Shown piece by piece: positions 55,652 to 64,000 of a stretch of DNA of 64,000 nucleotides; positions within the stretch are counted from its first letter, which is position 1, and each line of letters opens with the position of its first letter. The notes beneath the pieces were generated by a model. It saw only the letters and a list, made by a program, of their open reading frames with translations. It was not told where the DNA came from and made no database searches. Both the position numbers and the translations under genes were made by a program. This stretch comes from a virus, in IMG/VR virus record IMGVR_UViG_3300035703_000059, positions 1-64,000 of that record; one strand, written 5' to 3'.

Positions 55652-56245
55652 CTACTTGCCGAGCATGGCGCGCAGGCCGCCCGCACCGGCCGGCTTCGGA
55701 GCCGCCGTCACGGTCATCGCCGGGGCCGCCGCAGGGGCCGCCGCCTTCGCGGGCGCCTTCACCGACGCCTTGGCGGCGACGGGAGCCGCCGCGACCGCGA
55801 TCTCCGTGCCGGTCAGCGACGAGAACGACTCCGGCGTGATGAACTGCCGGTCGCTCTGCGACGTCGGGTCGTTGACGTCCTTCGCCTTGTAGTAGATGTA
55901 CGCCTCCTTGCCGTTGAACGTCTCCTCGCTGATCCCGATCTCGCCCGTCTCGATCTGGGCGGCGGTGTACCCGCAGGACAGCAGGGCCGTCTTCCACGAC
56001 CGCAGGTTGCCGGCCTTCGTCAGATCGAGGCCGATGAAGAGCCGCGTCTCGACACCCGCGAACGGCCCCTCTGCGATCACCGTCTGGAACCGCACCGACT
56101 TCTTGCCATCCTTGTCGTACTCGATGGCCTCGGTGATGTTCACCTTGTACGCGCCCGTCTCCGGCTCGACGTACCCGGCGCCGGGGTTGCGGGCCTGCAC
56201 GCCCGCCACGTTGATCTGCGCCGACCAGTTCTTGTTTTCCGACAT
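55652..56245 (-). CDS. ssDNA-binding protein (DUF669-like)
   Basis: PETGAYKVNITEA...FQTVIAEGPFAG with an Ala/Pro tail. Adjacent to the Sak4-like ATPase. Confidence 0.7.
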   Translation of the reverse strand: MSENKNWSAQINVAGVQARNPGAGYVEPETGAYKVNITEAIEYDKDGKKSVRFQTVIAEGPFAGVETRLFIGLDLTKAGNLRSWKTALLSCGYTAAQIETGEIGISEETFNGKEAYIYYKAKDVNDPTSQSDRQFITPESFSSLTGTEIAVAAAPVAAKASVKAPAKAAAPAAAPAMTVTAAPKPAGAGGLRAMLGK

Positions 56246-56377
56246 CTTACGCTCCGTTTGCCATCGATGTATCGCGTCCCGTGCGGGTCGACAGCGGTGC
56301 CGCCTGTTTTGCCTCTGTGCGACGAAGAGGGGTCTGAGGGCGTGGGACGATGAGGTTTTGCCCTCGAAATCGTTATC

Positions 56378-56608
56378 CTATCGAGTGAACTTTCGGCGCT
56401 TCGTGGCCGATTTTTCGGCCTTCGCCGCCTTCTTTTTCGGCTTCAGCGGCTTGCGGTCGAACTCCTTGCGGAGAGCCGCAACCGCTTCTCCTGCACCGCA
56501 CTTGCACACGGCCCCAAGGCCCAATTCCAAGGGACAAGTGTGCGTGTGGTTTACGAACTCGATGACATCTCTGATCAACTTCTTCTGCCTTGGTGTGAAC
56601 CGCTGCAT
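56378..56608 (-). CDS. Small basic hypothetical protein
   Basis: HTCP...CKC, RBS AGGAG. Confidence 0.55.
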   Translation of the reverse strand: MQRFTPRQKKLIRDVIEFVNHTHTCPLELGLGAVCKCGAGEAVAALRKEFDRKPLKPKKKAAKAEKSATKRRKFTR

Positions 56609-56620
56609 CCCGTACTCCTA

Positions 56621-57523
56621 TCAGCCCAACTTCGGCTTCGGCTTGTCCGTGAACATCGACAGGACGTCGGCTTTCGCGCGCATCAGCACCGCGCGGTCCA
56701 GCGAATCCCGCAACACCCAGCGGACGTGTAAATCGTTGTCGGTCTGCTCTCTCGCGAGTTCGATGGCCTCCGCGACCAGCCCCGACTCATTCGCCGGGTC
56801 GTTGAACATCGCGACGGCCAGCGCCTCGACGAGTTCTTCCTGCCACTCCAGCTTCGGGGCGCGCGGTATGACGTACCCCGCGCTCCGCAGAATCTCCGCC
56901 ACGTTCATCGGCGCCCGGTCCGGCGTGACGCCGTGCCTGTCTTTCGTGACCCACGACGGGTCATCGATGGTGCAGCGGTAGCACCCGTGCCAGCCTCGCC
57001 GCGTCTGATCGAACGCGGCACGCAGCACCACGTCGCAGGCCGTCGGCACGTCCTCTGGCAACCGCCCCGGCAGGCGCGGACCGCCGCGAACGAACACCCC
57101 GTTGACGGTCCGGGGCGTCGATTCGTGCGCCGTGAGGACAACGTGCATCCCCGCGTGCCTCGCGGTGTCGCGGAACTCCAGCACCGCGTCTCGCAGCGCG
57201 CCCCACAGCTTGAACCCCGAAAACTTCTTCTCAAGCTGTGCAACCGTCGACTCTGCGAGGAGCGAGAAGTCATCGACGATGATGGCCGAGTACCGCTTGT
57301 CCTTGCCGCGCTCACGCACGATCTTGGTCGCGTCGAGTATCGATGCGGCTTCCGTGTGGTCGGGGACGTGGCCGACGACCAGATGGGCCGGCTTGATTGC
57401 TCCCGGTGGGGCGACGAACAGCCCCGTGGGGAACGAGAAGAGGAGGTCCGTGGTCTTTCCGATGCCCGATGGCCCGTAGATCGCGACCACCGCGTTCGCG
57501 CCAGAGAAAGGAGCCGCGCTCAT
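56621..57523 (-). CDS. Sak4-like (AAA_24) recombination ATPase
   Basis: IYGPSGIGKTT, AIIVDDFS, VVLTAHE, CDVV and KDR. Confidence 0.88.
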   Translation of the reverse strand: MSAAPFSGANAVVAIYGPSGIGKTTDLLFSFPTGLFVAPPGAIKPAHLVVGHVPDHTEAASILDATKIVRERGKDKRYSAIIVDDFSLLAESTVAQLEKKFSGFKLWGALRDAVLEFRDTARHAGMHVVLTAHESTPRTVNGVFVRGGPRLPGRLPEDVPTACDVVLRAAFDQTRRGWHGCYRCTIDDPSWVTKDRHGVTPDRAPMNVAEILRSAGYVIPRAPKLEWQEELVEALAVAMFNDPANESGLVAEAIELAREQTDNDLHVRWVLRDSLDRAVLMRAKADVLSMFTDKPKPKLG

Positions 57524-57864
57524 CGTTCACCCGCGCCAATCTTGCTCCGCAGCCTCTCCAACTCAGACTCCAACTCTTCGACGTCGTTCTCAAGGTCCGC
57601 CCGCTCGCTTTGCAGACGCTCGACCTCGTCCTCCAGCTTGATCACGTCCTCGTTCAGAGCGGCGACTTCCTGCCGAAGTTTCGCCACCTCTCCCGGCTTC
57701 ACCGCCTCGCCGTCGAGGGCCGACGTGATTTCCTCGGCAATCACTCGCGCGATCTCCCCCGACCGCGCCGGATAGAACACCACCGCCACCGTTCGTCCTG
57801 TCGGGTCTACCACCGTGTTTCCGCGCGCCATCCACGGCGTTGCAGGCATGAGCGACTTGTGCAT
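57520..57864 (-). CDS. Coiled-coil hypothetical protein
   Basis: C-terminal heptad repeats. Confidence 0.6.
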   Translation of the reverse strand: MHKSLMPATPWMARGNTVVDPTGRTVAVVFYPARSGEIARVIAEEITSALDGEAVKPGEVAKLRQEVAALNEDVIKLEDEVERLQSERADLENDVEELESELERLRSKIGAGER

Positions 57865-57867
57865 CGA

Positions 57868-58725
57868 TTACTCCCTTGTGATGACGTGCGAAACGTAGAC
57901 GCCGCCGGGGACGAGCGTGAAAACGTGCATGGTCTTGCCGTCCAGCTTGAGCAGGGGCGCGATGTTGCCGCCGTCGGGCAGGAACACACCGGCGCTTCGC
58001 TCCAGCGACACCGTCGGCTTGTAGGCCGCAGGCGGGGCAGGCACCGCGCCAGCCTTCTCGGCCGCCGTCGGCTGAATGCCCGTGATTTCGTAGATTTCGC
58101 GAATCTGCTCCTCGCGCGACGCTGACGGCGTCGGCAGGGGAGCGGCCTTCGGAGCGACCTTCGGCTCGACCTTCTTCTTTGGCTTCTCCGCAGGTGCGGG
58201 CGAGGGCTTCGATGCCGGCTTCGGCGCGGGCGCCGTCGCCGCCACGACCTTCTTAGGAGTCCGCTGCTTCCCGTCGTACCCTTCCATCTTCTTGCGAATC
58301 GACAGCATCGTGTCTGCCGCCGGGACGTAGTCACCGGCCATGATGCGCTGGACGTAGGACTTGGAGAGTTTCAGCAGGTCGGCGAGGTCTTGCGTGATCA
58401 TCCCGTGCCGCTTGCGGAACTCCCGCAACTCGCGGGCGATGACCGGCAGCACCAGTTCCTTCGATGGCGGCGTGACCTCGACCGCCTTCGGCATCACGAA
58501 GGCCTTTGCTGCCTGCGCGGCATCGAAGAGAATCTGCTCTCGGCTTTTTCGCTGAATCTGCGCGAGGTAGTCCGCGCGGACCTCATCCGAGAGCGTGCCG
58601 ATGCTCTGCTCGATGCCGCTGATGTCGTTGATGGTTCTGCCGGTTGCGAGAGCGAGGTCTACCAGATCGACCTTCAGCATCTCGCGGCGCGCAAACGCCG
58701 CCTTACCAATCTCTTCTCGGTTCAT
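57868..58725 (-). CDS. XRE-family regulator with two HTH-like segments
   Basis: LREFRKRHGMITQDLADLLKLSKSYVQRIMAG, plus N-terminal RREMLKVDLVDLALATGRTINDISGIE. Confidence 0.8.
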   Translation of the reverse strand: MNREEIGKAAFARREMLKVDLVDLALATGRTINDISGIEQSIGTLSDEVRADYLAQIQRKSREQILFDAAQAAKAFVMPKAVEVTPPSKELVLPVIARELREFRKRHGMITQDLADLLKLSKSYVQRIMAGDYVPAADTMLSIRKKMEGYDGKQRTPKKVVAATAPAPKPASKPSPAPAEKPKKKVEPKVAPKAAPLPTPSASREEQIREIYEITGIQPTAAEKAGAVPAPPAAYKPTVSLERSAGVFLPDGGNIAPLLKLDGKTMHVFTLVPGGVYVSHVITRE

Positions 58726-58787
58726 CTCATGTCCTCACCCAGCTTCGCCGGGCTTCCTGTGCCGACCGCCTCGATCAGCGTGACGAC

Positions 58788-58818
58788 CTTATACCGTAGG
58801 CTTTTGACGAATGTCAAA
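58788..58818 (-). promoter_or_regulatory. sigma70 promoter overlapped by a palindromic operator
   Basis: TTGACA-18 nt-TATAAG. The palindrome TTTGAC-gaat-GTCAAA covers the -35 box. Confidence 0.75.
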
Positions 58819-58826
58819 GGAAAAAA

Positions 58827-59168
58827 TCAGCCCCCCTTCACTTTTTTTCGACGCCCCCGAACCACAGCATCAGCGACTTTGCCACCATGACCTGCCCCTT
58901 TCCCAGCAGTTCCTCCACGCGCACCGCCAAGTCCTCGTCCACGAACGCCGCCTCGCACCCCGGCACTTCCATCCGCCGAAACCCCTGCGGCGCTGCGCTT
59001 TCGTTTACGGGCAGGACGAATATTGCTTCCATCACTCAACTCCTTCACCGGCGCCACGACCGGCAACATCGACACACAGAACGGATACCCGCTGCACGCC
59101 CACACTTGACCGTGTTTCCCGACCCGAATCTTCATCGCGCTCGCACAGCGCGGACACGCCGGAGTCAT
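58827..59168 (-). CDS. Topoisomerase-I-type C4 zinc-ribbon protein
   Basis: CPRCASAMKIRVGKHGQVWACSGYPFC. Confidence 0.7.
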   Translation of the reverse strand: MTPACPRCASAMKIRVGKHGQVWACSGYPFCVSMLPVVAPVKELSDGSNIRPARKRKRSAAGVSADGSAGVRGGVRGRGLGGARGGTAGKGAGHGGKVADAVVRGRRKKVKGG

Positions 59169-59626
59169 TCGTCATCTCTCGGCGTCTCGACGAACCGCGC
59201 AAGCGTTCCTGCACCACTCACCGCAGAGTCATACGCGTCGGCAATCGCCACGCGCATCTTCTCGGCGCCCCGCGCGAACGCGCGGTCCTGCTCCTCGACG
59301 CGGCGCGCCAACAACTCGACCCGTTCCAGCGCGGAAGCAAGCTGTTCGCGCGCCAAATCACGCTGTTTCGTCGTCAACTGGTACAGCGCGTTCGACACGG
59401 TGTAGTCGTTCTTCCACCGCTCGGCCTCGGCCTTCAACTGTGCTTCTCGCAAGATCATGTGAGCTTCCCTCGCGTCACTTCGTACTCGCAGTACCGTGTG
59501 CCGCGTGGCTTGACCTCGCGACCTCGCTTCTTCTCCGCTCTTTCGCACGCCCGGCAAATCTCGCGGCCTCGCAGCAGCGTCACGCCGTCGCAGGCGGTCT
59601 GCGCCGGACAAATCCGAACCGTCGTC

Positions 59627-59980
59627 TCAAGGATGCCCCGATGTCCCATCGTGATTCTCCGCGCGAATCTGCTCTTCGTAATGCTCCAGCGCGTACCGAA
59701 TCGACTCCATCGTCGCCACCGCACGCGGTCCCCAAGTCCACTTCCCCTCTATCGAATTCGGCCCCGCACCGGCGAAGAAATCGCGCGCCGGCCGCACCCA
59801 CCGCCGGCCCATGTTCCGGTCCTTGTAGATGACGCACAACGTCAAGTCGTCCTCGCGAATCACCAGCCCGCAGATGACGTAAACCGTGTTCCGACCTCGG
59901 TGCAGGACCGTGATGTCCAGCCCTTCGATGCTCTCCATCACCCGCGACACGTCGAAGACGCGGTCCGGCACCCGGCTCAT
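59627..59980 (-). CDS. DUF1653-like protein
   Basis: HRGRNTVYVI...CVIYKD...WVRPARDFF. Confidence 0.65.
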   Translation of the reverse strand: MSRVPDRVFDVSRVMESIEGLDITVLHRGRNTVYVICGLVIREDDLTLCVIYKDRNMGRRWVRPARDFFAGAGPNSIEGKWTWGPRAVATMESIRYALEHYEEQIRAENHDGTSGHP

Positions 59981-61750
59981 CGCGTCTCTCCCGCCGCCAG
60001 CTTCAGCACGACCCACAGCTTCTTCGCAAGGTCGGGATTCCGTTCCAGCGCCTCCGTCATCTGCGCGATGGCCCAACGGTCCTCCGCCACGCGATCCTTC
60101 GGGTCCACCGTCCCACCGCACAGGTCGCACTCCTCGCAGCCACCACATCCCTCCCGAACGTAAGTCGTCATCACTTGCCTCCCTTCACGACGGTCCGGCT
60201 GTCGAGCGCCGTCATATGACCCCACTCGTCCCGCAGCGCGAACATCAGTTCGTCGCGCGTGTAGCCCATATGCCGCGCCATGACGGCGACGGAGAGCAGA
60301 GTCGTCTTGATCGCCCCCGCATCCCGCACACCCGCCGGCACGGCCGCCATCGCCTCTTTCGTCGCCCCGATCACCGACTGACGCAACTCCGGCGTCATGA
60401 TTTCCATCTTAGTGGTCATTCTCGCCCCTTCTCGTCCGAGTCACTTCGAACATCTCTTGGTAGAAATCGATGCGTCCCTGCATCAGTTCGACCTTGGTTT
60501 CCAACAGCGCCAGCGCCAGCGACAATCGATGCACCTCGTCGCTCATCGTCCGGCGCCACGCCTCGACGTCTTGCTCCCCGATCATCCCGCGACCTCCCTC
60601 TTGTCCAGCAGGCACTCCGCGTGCGCGTCCTCAAATGCTCGCAGCATCGCCGACAAGTCCCGCACCGGCATCGGGAGCAGCAGGCGCAAATCAGCCCGAC
60701 ACTCCTCGCACACCAGCGGCATAACGACCGCGTCCCTTACCATTGTTTGCTCGCCGATTACCACCGCCATCTGCGCCCCCTATTGCGATTCCCACGCCTT
60801 CGTCTCGGACATCAACGCCTTCGCCTCGTCGCTCGACTTGCCGAAGTGCCGTTGGATGGTGTGCCGGCAGAGTCTTTCACTCTCGTCCTTCTGCCCGGCG
60901 ACGCACATCGCACCGAGGAAGCCGCAGGCGACGAGGAGAACGGCCACCAGAGTCACGTCAACGCCGTCACGCATCGATGCCCTCCTTCTTAGGGTACAGC
61001 GCCGTGCGCGCGATGCGCGCCGCCGCGTGAACCTTGTCGCTCGCGCTGCTCGTCGACTCGTATTCCATGAGCGAGATTTGGGCGAGCGCGTTCCGCAGCC
61101 GCTTGATCTCGCGTTCGCTGTCGGCCGTCTCCAGCGCCGTCGCAATCCGCTTCGCCGTGTCCATGATCCCGAACATCACGGCTCTCCCTTTTCGACGCGC
61201 AGTTCCAGCTTCAACAGTTCCGTCATGCGCCGCTCGGCCCGATTCAACGCCTTCAGCGCCGCGTCCTTCTTCGCGACCTCTGCGGCGAACGCGAGGTCGA
61301 TGGCTTCCTTCTTCGTCAACCCGACGCGAAGTTCCGTGCGCTCGTCCTTTCGTATTCGGAAGCGGTAGTCGAAGGCCGCTTTTGCGGCGTAGCTGTCGTC
61401 AACAGCGATTCGGTCGCCTGTCGCGATGTACCCCTTCGGCCCCTTGACTGCCTCACCGCGATACAGCGTCGGGGTTTCCTTCTTCCACTCGCGCTCGATC
61501 TCCATGCCCCAATCGATGCCCCACAACTCCACGACCTTCTTTTCAGCGGCCATCACTCTTCTCCTCCCTCGTCTGGCACAGGAATCCCCGCCAAACACCG
61601 GGCCTCTGTTCGCCCCGAAATACGTCCCAATCGAAACGCCGTCTCCGCAGCTTGGTCGACATCGGCCCTGTGCGTCTTCATGGCAAGGTGGAACACGCCC
61701 CCCGTGACAAGAAAACCAGACGCCACTCCGGCCAAAAATGCGTACAACAT
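59977..61750 (-). CDS. Run of small hypothetical ORFs (59977-60171, 60171-60419, 60409-60585, 60582-60770, 60780-60974, 60967-61179, 61176-61553, 61553-61750)
   Basis: Overlapping TGATG/ATGA junctions with GGAG RBSs. Confidence 0.6.
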
Positions 61751-61998
61751 CAGTCACTCCCCCATCCGTCCGCGCCGTCCCATTCGGCCCACGGACTGTC
61801 GTTTGGGTCGAACACGTCGCCCCATTGAATCGGACACTCTGAACCGTCGAGTTCCCGCGTCCCGCGACACTTGGGGAACGCCATGCACCCCAAGAACTTG
61901 CCCCTCTCCCGCCGGTTCGTTCGGACCACCATCTCACCCGCGCATCGCGGACACGCGTGCTCGACCTTCGATGGCAGCTTGACGCCCCACGCGCCCAT
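61750..61998 (-). CDS. Second topoisomerase-I-type C4 zinc-ribbon protein
   Basis: CPRCAGEMVVRTNRRERGKFLGCMAFPKCRGT. Confidence 0.8.
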   Translation of the reverse strand: MGAWGVKLPSKVEHACPRCAGEMVVRTNRRERGKFLGCMAFPKCRGTRELDGSECPIQWGDVFDPNDSPWAEWDGADGWGSD

Positions 61999-62758
61999 CA
62001 CTTGTCCCCCTTGTCGAGTTCCGTGATGAGCGCGTCGGCGTAGCGCACCGCTTCCGACGCGTGCCACTCGATGTCGAGTCCGGTCAGATTCTCCTTCGAA
62101 TTCGCCAGAATCCCCTGCATCGCCGCCGTCGCGATGCGCTCACGCCGCCCTGCTTCCGGCGCGGCCACGCGCAGCTTCTCGATCTCGGCCTTCAGCGTTT
62201 CGGCTTCCTGCCGGACCGCGTAGACCTCGTTGTCCCGCTCATGGACGCCCATAATCGCCGCGCTACCCGCCTCACACGCATCTGCGAGTCCCGGCATCTT
62301 CACGTCGTTTCTCAGCCACGACGCCGCCTGCTTCAGCTTCCCCGCCATATCCTCATGCCACGGTGTCATCACTTCTCCCCCGTCGTCTGTTCCAGAATCT
62401 CTGCCGCCTTCGCACACGCCGCGTCCGAGTCCGCAAACTCACCCGGCGCCGTCACCGTTCCGTCGGGCCAGTAGACGTTCAGCACCCACGTTTTCAGCGG
62501 CGTCGGCAACACCTCAAACCGCAACCGGCGCCCGTAGTGGTAGGCCATGAGTCGGAACGGGCGCCCGCGAGTGTCGTTCCGACTGTGCCAACGCAGAATC
62601 GGTTTCCCCTCCAGCTCCTCGTCAATCTCTTGGATCAACTCCTCATACATCGGAACGATGCTATCGATGGGCCGGCAGATCGAAAACGAGTCGTCGGTGT
62701 CGTCGAGGCACAGCTTCGCTCGACACAGCAGTTCCTCCAGCCTCTCTTCCCGCGTCAT
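61998..62758 (-). CDS. Two hypothetical ORFs (61998-62369, 62369-62758)
   Basis: The first ends RRERIATAAMQGILAN...AVRYADALI, a common small-phage-protein motif. Confidence 0.6.
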
Positions 62759-63582
62759 CACTCCTCCACCGTCGCCGTAATCACGGCACTCTCGCCCCAC
62801 CGACAAATCTCATACGCCTCGCACGTCCCGTAGGCCGTGACGCACGTCTGCTCCGACAACGCCTTCGGCCAATCCCACGGGTCTGTGTCCGACAACGAGT
62901 CGATGACCCGCCGCGCGTGCGCCACCGACAACGTGAACTTCTGCCGGGCCACCGGCGCGGGGTCCACGACCTGCCTCGACATCTCGCCGGACAGCGAGAC
63001 GAGATTCAGCTTCACGCCGCCGAACTCGGAGCCGTAGACCGCCGCTCCGAAGTTCTGCATCCCAAGGAACTGCCCCGACAACGTGTACCGCAGCGGAATC
63101 TTGGCATCGATGCGCCCGACGGTCTTGTGGTCCCAAATGTAGACCTTGCCGTTCGGCTCCCGCACGACGAGGTCGAGCCTCTGCGTGAACGGCTGTCCCG
63201 CAATATCCGCGCGGAACACCTCTTCGATGGCCATCGGCTCCACGCGCTCCGACGCGTAGTGCGCCGCGTACTTGCGGTAGAGCAGGTGGATTTCCTCGAC
63301 GTATGCCTCGCCGCCAATCTTCTTCGCCGTCTCGACCACCGCGTCATACGGCAGCGCCCACTCGCCGGGGTCACGGCCCTCTTGCTGCGACTGCATCCGC
63401 GCGTAGTGCTGCGCGAGCGCCGCGTGCATCAGCGACCCTCGCAGCAGCGGCGCCGACTTGGTCTTTTGCAGCACGTTGAGCCGGAACTTGTAGGCGAACA
63501 ACTGCGGACACCGCAGCGCCGTCTCGACCGCGTGCCAACCCCATTCCCCCGACGAGCCGGCATCGATGATTTTCCCGGTCAT
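62758..63582 (-). CDS. PD-(D/E)XK Cas4/RecB-like exonuclease
   Basis: N-terminal CP, GSLMH, RLDLV, WDHKT, QFLG and C-terminal C...C..C..C (Fe-S staple pattern). Confidence 0.88.
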   Translation of the reverse strand: MTGKIIDAGSSGEWGWHAVETALRCPQLFAYKFRLNVLQKTKSAPLLRGSLMHAALAQHYARMQSQQEGRDPGEWALPYDAVVETAKKIGGEAYVEEIHLLYRKYAAHYASERVEPMAIEEVFRADIAGQPFTQRLDLVVREPNGKVYIWDHKTVGRIDAKIPLRYTLSGQFLGMQNFGAAVYGSEFGGVKLNLVSLSGEMSRQVVDPAPVARQKFTLSVAHARRVIDSLSDTDPWDWPKALSEQTCVTAYGTCEAYEICRWGESAVITATVEE

Positions 63583-63970
63583 TTACCCTCCGTATTCTTC
63601 GGGACGTAGCGATCCATCTTCGTCTCGACCGAGAAGGGGCTGTTCGCCAGCCCCAGCGCGCGCTGAAGTTCGCGCACGCGCCCGACGAGACGGTGGACCG
63701 TCTCGACTCCCGCGCCGTTGTACCGGGTGGCGTTGATGGCAATCTCGTTGAGTTCCTGCTCTGAAATCATGATTTGTCCTCCGGCGTCGGTAGGGCGCGC
63801 AGTTCTTCGGCTATGTCATCGGCACCCCACCCAAAGGACGCCTCGTTGCACACCCTCAGAGACGCCTCGCGCATCGCTTCCGCGCCGCGCTGGTAGGCTG
63901 CTGCTTCAGCGCGCTTTCGCTGGCCGGCTCTCTCAGCAAAGCCATCCCATATCGCATCGGCCTCCAGCAT
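63579..63970 (-). CDS. Two small hypothetical ORFs (63579-63770, 63767-63970)
   Basis: Overlapping stop/start junctions. Confidence 0.5.
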
Positions 63971-64000
63971 AAGCCGCGCGCGGTTTTCGGCGGCAGCAGC

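Noticed and set aside
56621-57523. Genome-packaging ATPase
   Set aside because: Motifs and the SSB neighbour fit Sak4/AAA_24. No FtsK/HerA/A32-type ATPase was recognised in this window, which remains a gap in the tailless-virus interpretation.
62758-63582. Cas4 as part of a CRISPR-Cas system
   Set aside because: There is no cas1, cas2 or array. The Sak4 and SSB context indicates a phage recombination exonuclease.

Overview
This window is a high-GC (roughly 67-69% by eye) double-stranded DNA virus genome or large fragment. No host housekeeping genes are visible. It has two convergent arms that meet at a strong hairpin near 36.4 kb. The + arm (about 0.05-36.3 kb) is a morphogenesis and lysis module. 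It has no recognisable terminase, portal, HK97 capsid, tape-measure or baseplate genes. Instead it carries about 25 membrane-anchored proteins, several fibre/spike proteins, three adjacent ~200-aa beta-rich candidate single-jelly-roll capsid proteins, a transglutaminase-like Cys enzyme, a kinase-TM-LysM fusion, an SGNH esterase, a lytic transglycosylase, an M15 endolysin, a thioredoxin plus membrane CxxC pair and an antisense tRNA-Asn. The - arm (36.4-64 kb) holds a tyrosine recombinase and about 25 small early ORFs downstream of tandem sigma70 promoters. It also holds DnaN-like, ParB-like and DUF932-like genes, a Rad50-like ATPase, a UDG-exonuclease-PolA fusion and a Cas4-like nuclease/Sak4/SSB recombination set. 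The best interpretation (inference) is an unusually large tailless, internal-membrane (Varidnaviria-like) bacterial virus with replication genes of the tailed-phage type. Two genome-wide signals stand out. One is a highly iterated palindrome, CATCGATG, that often supplies start codons. The other is a recurrent L-x-G-[LM]-G motif in virion proteins that may mark maturation cleavage sites. All family assignments are motif recognition by eye, not database results.
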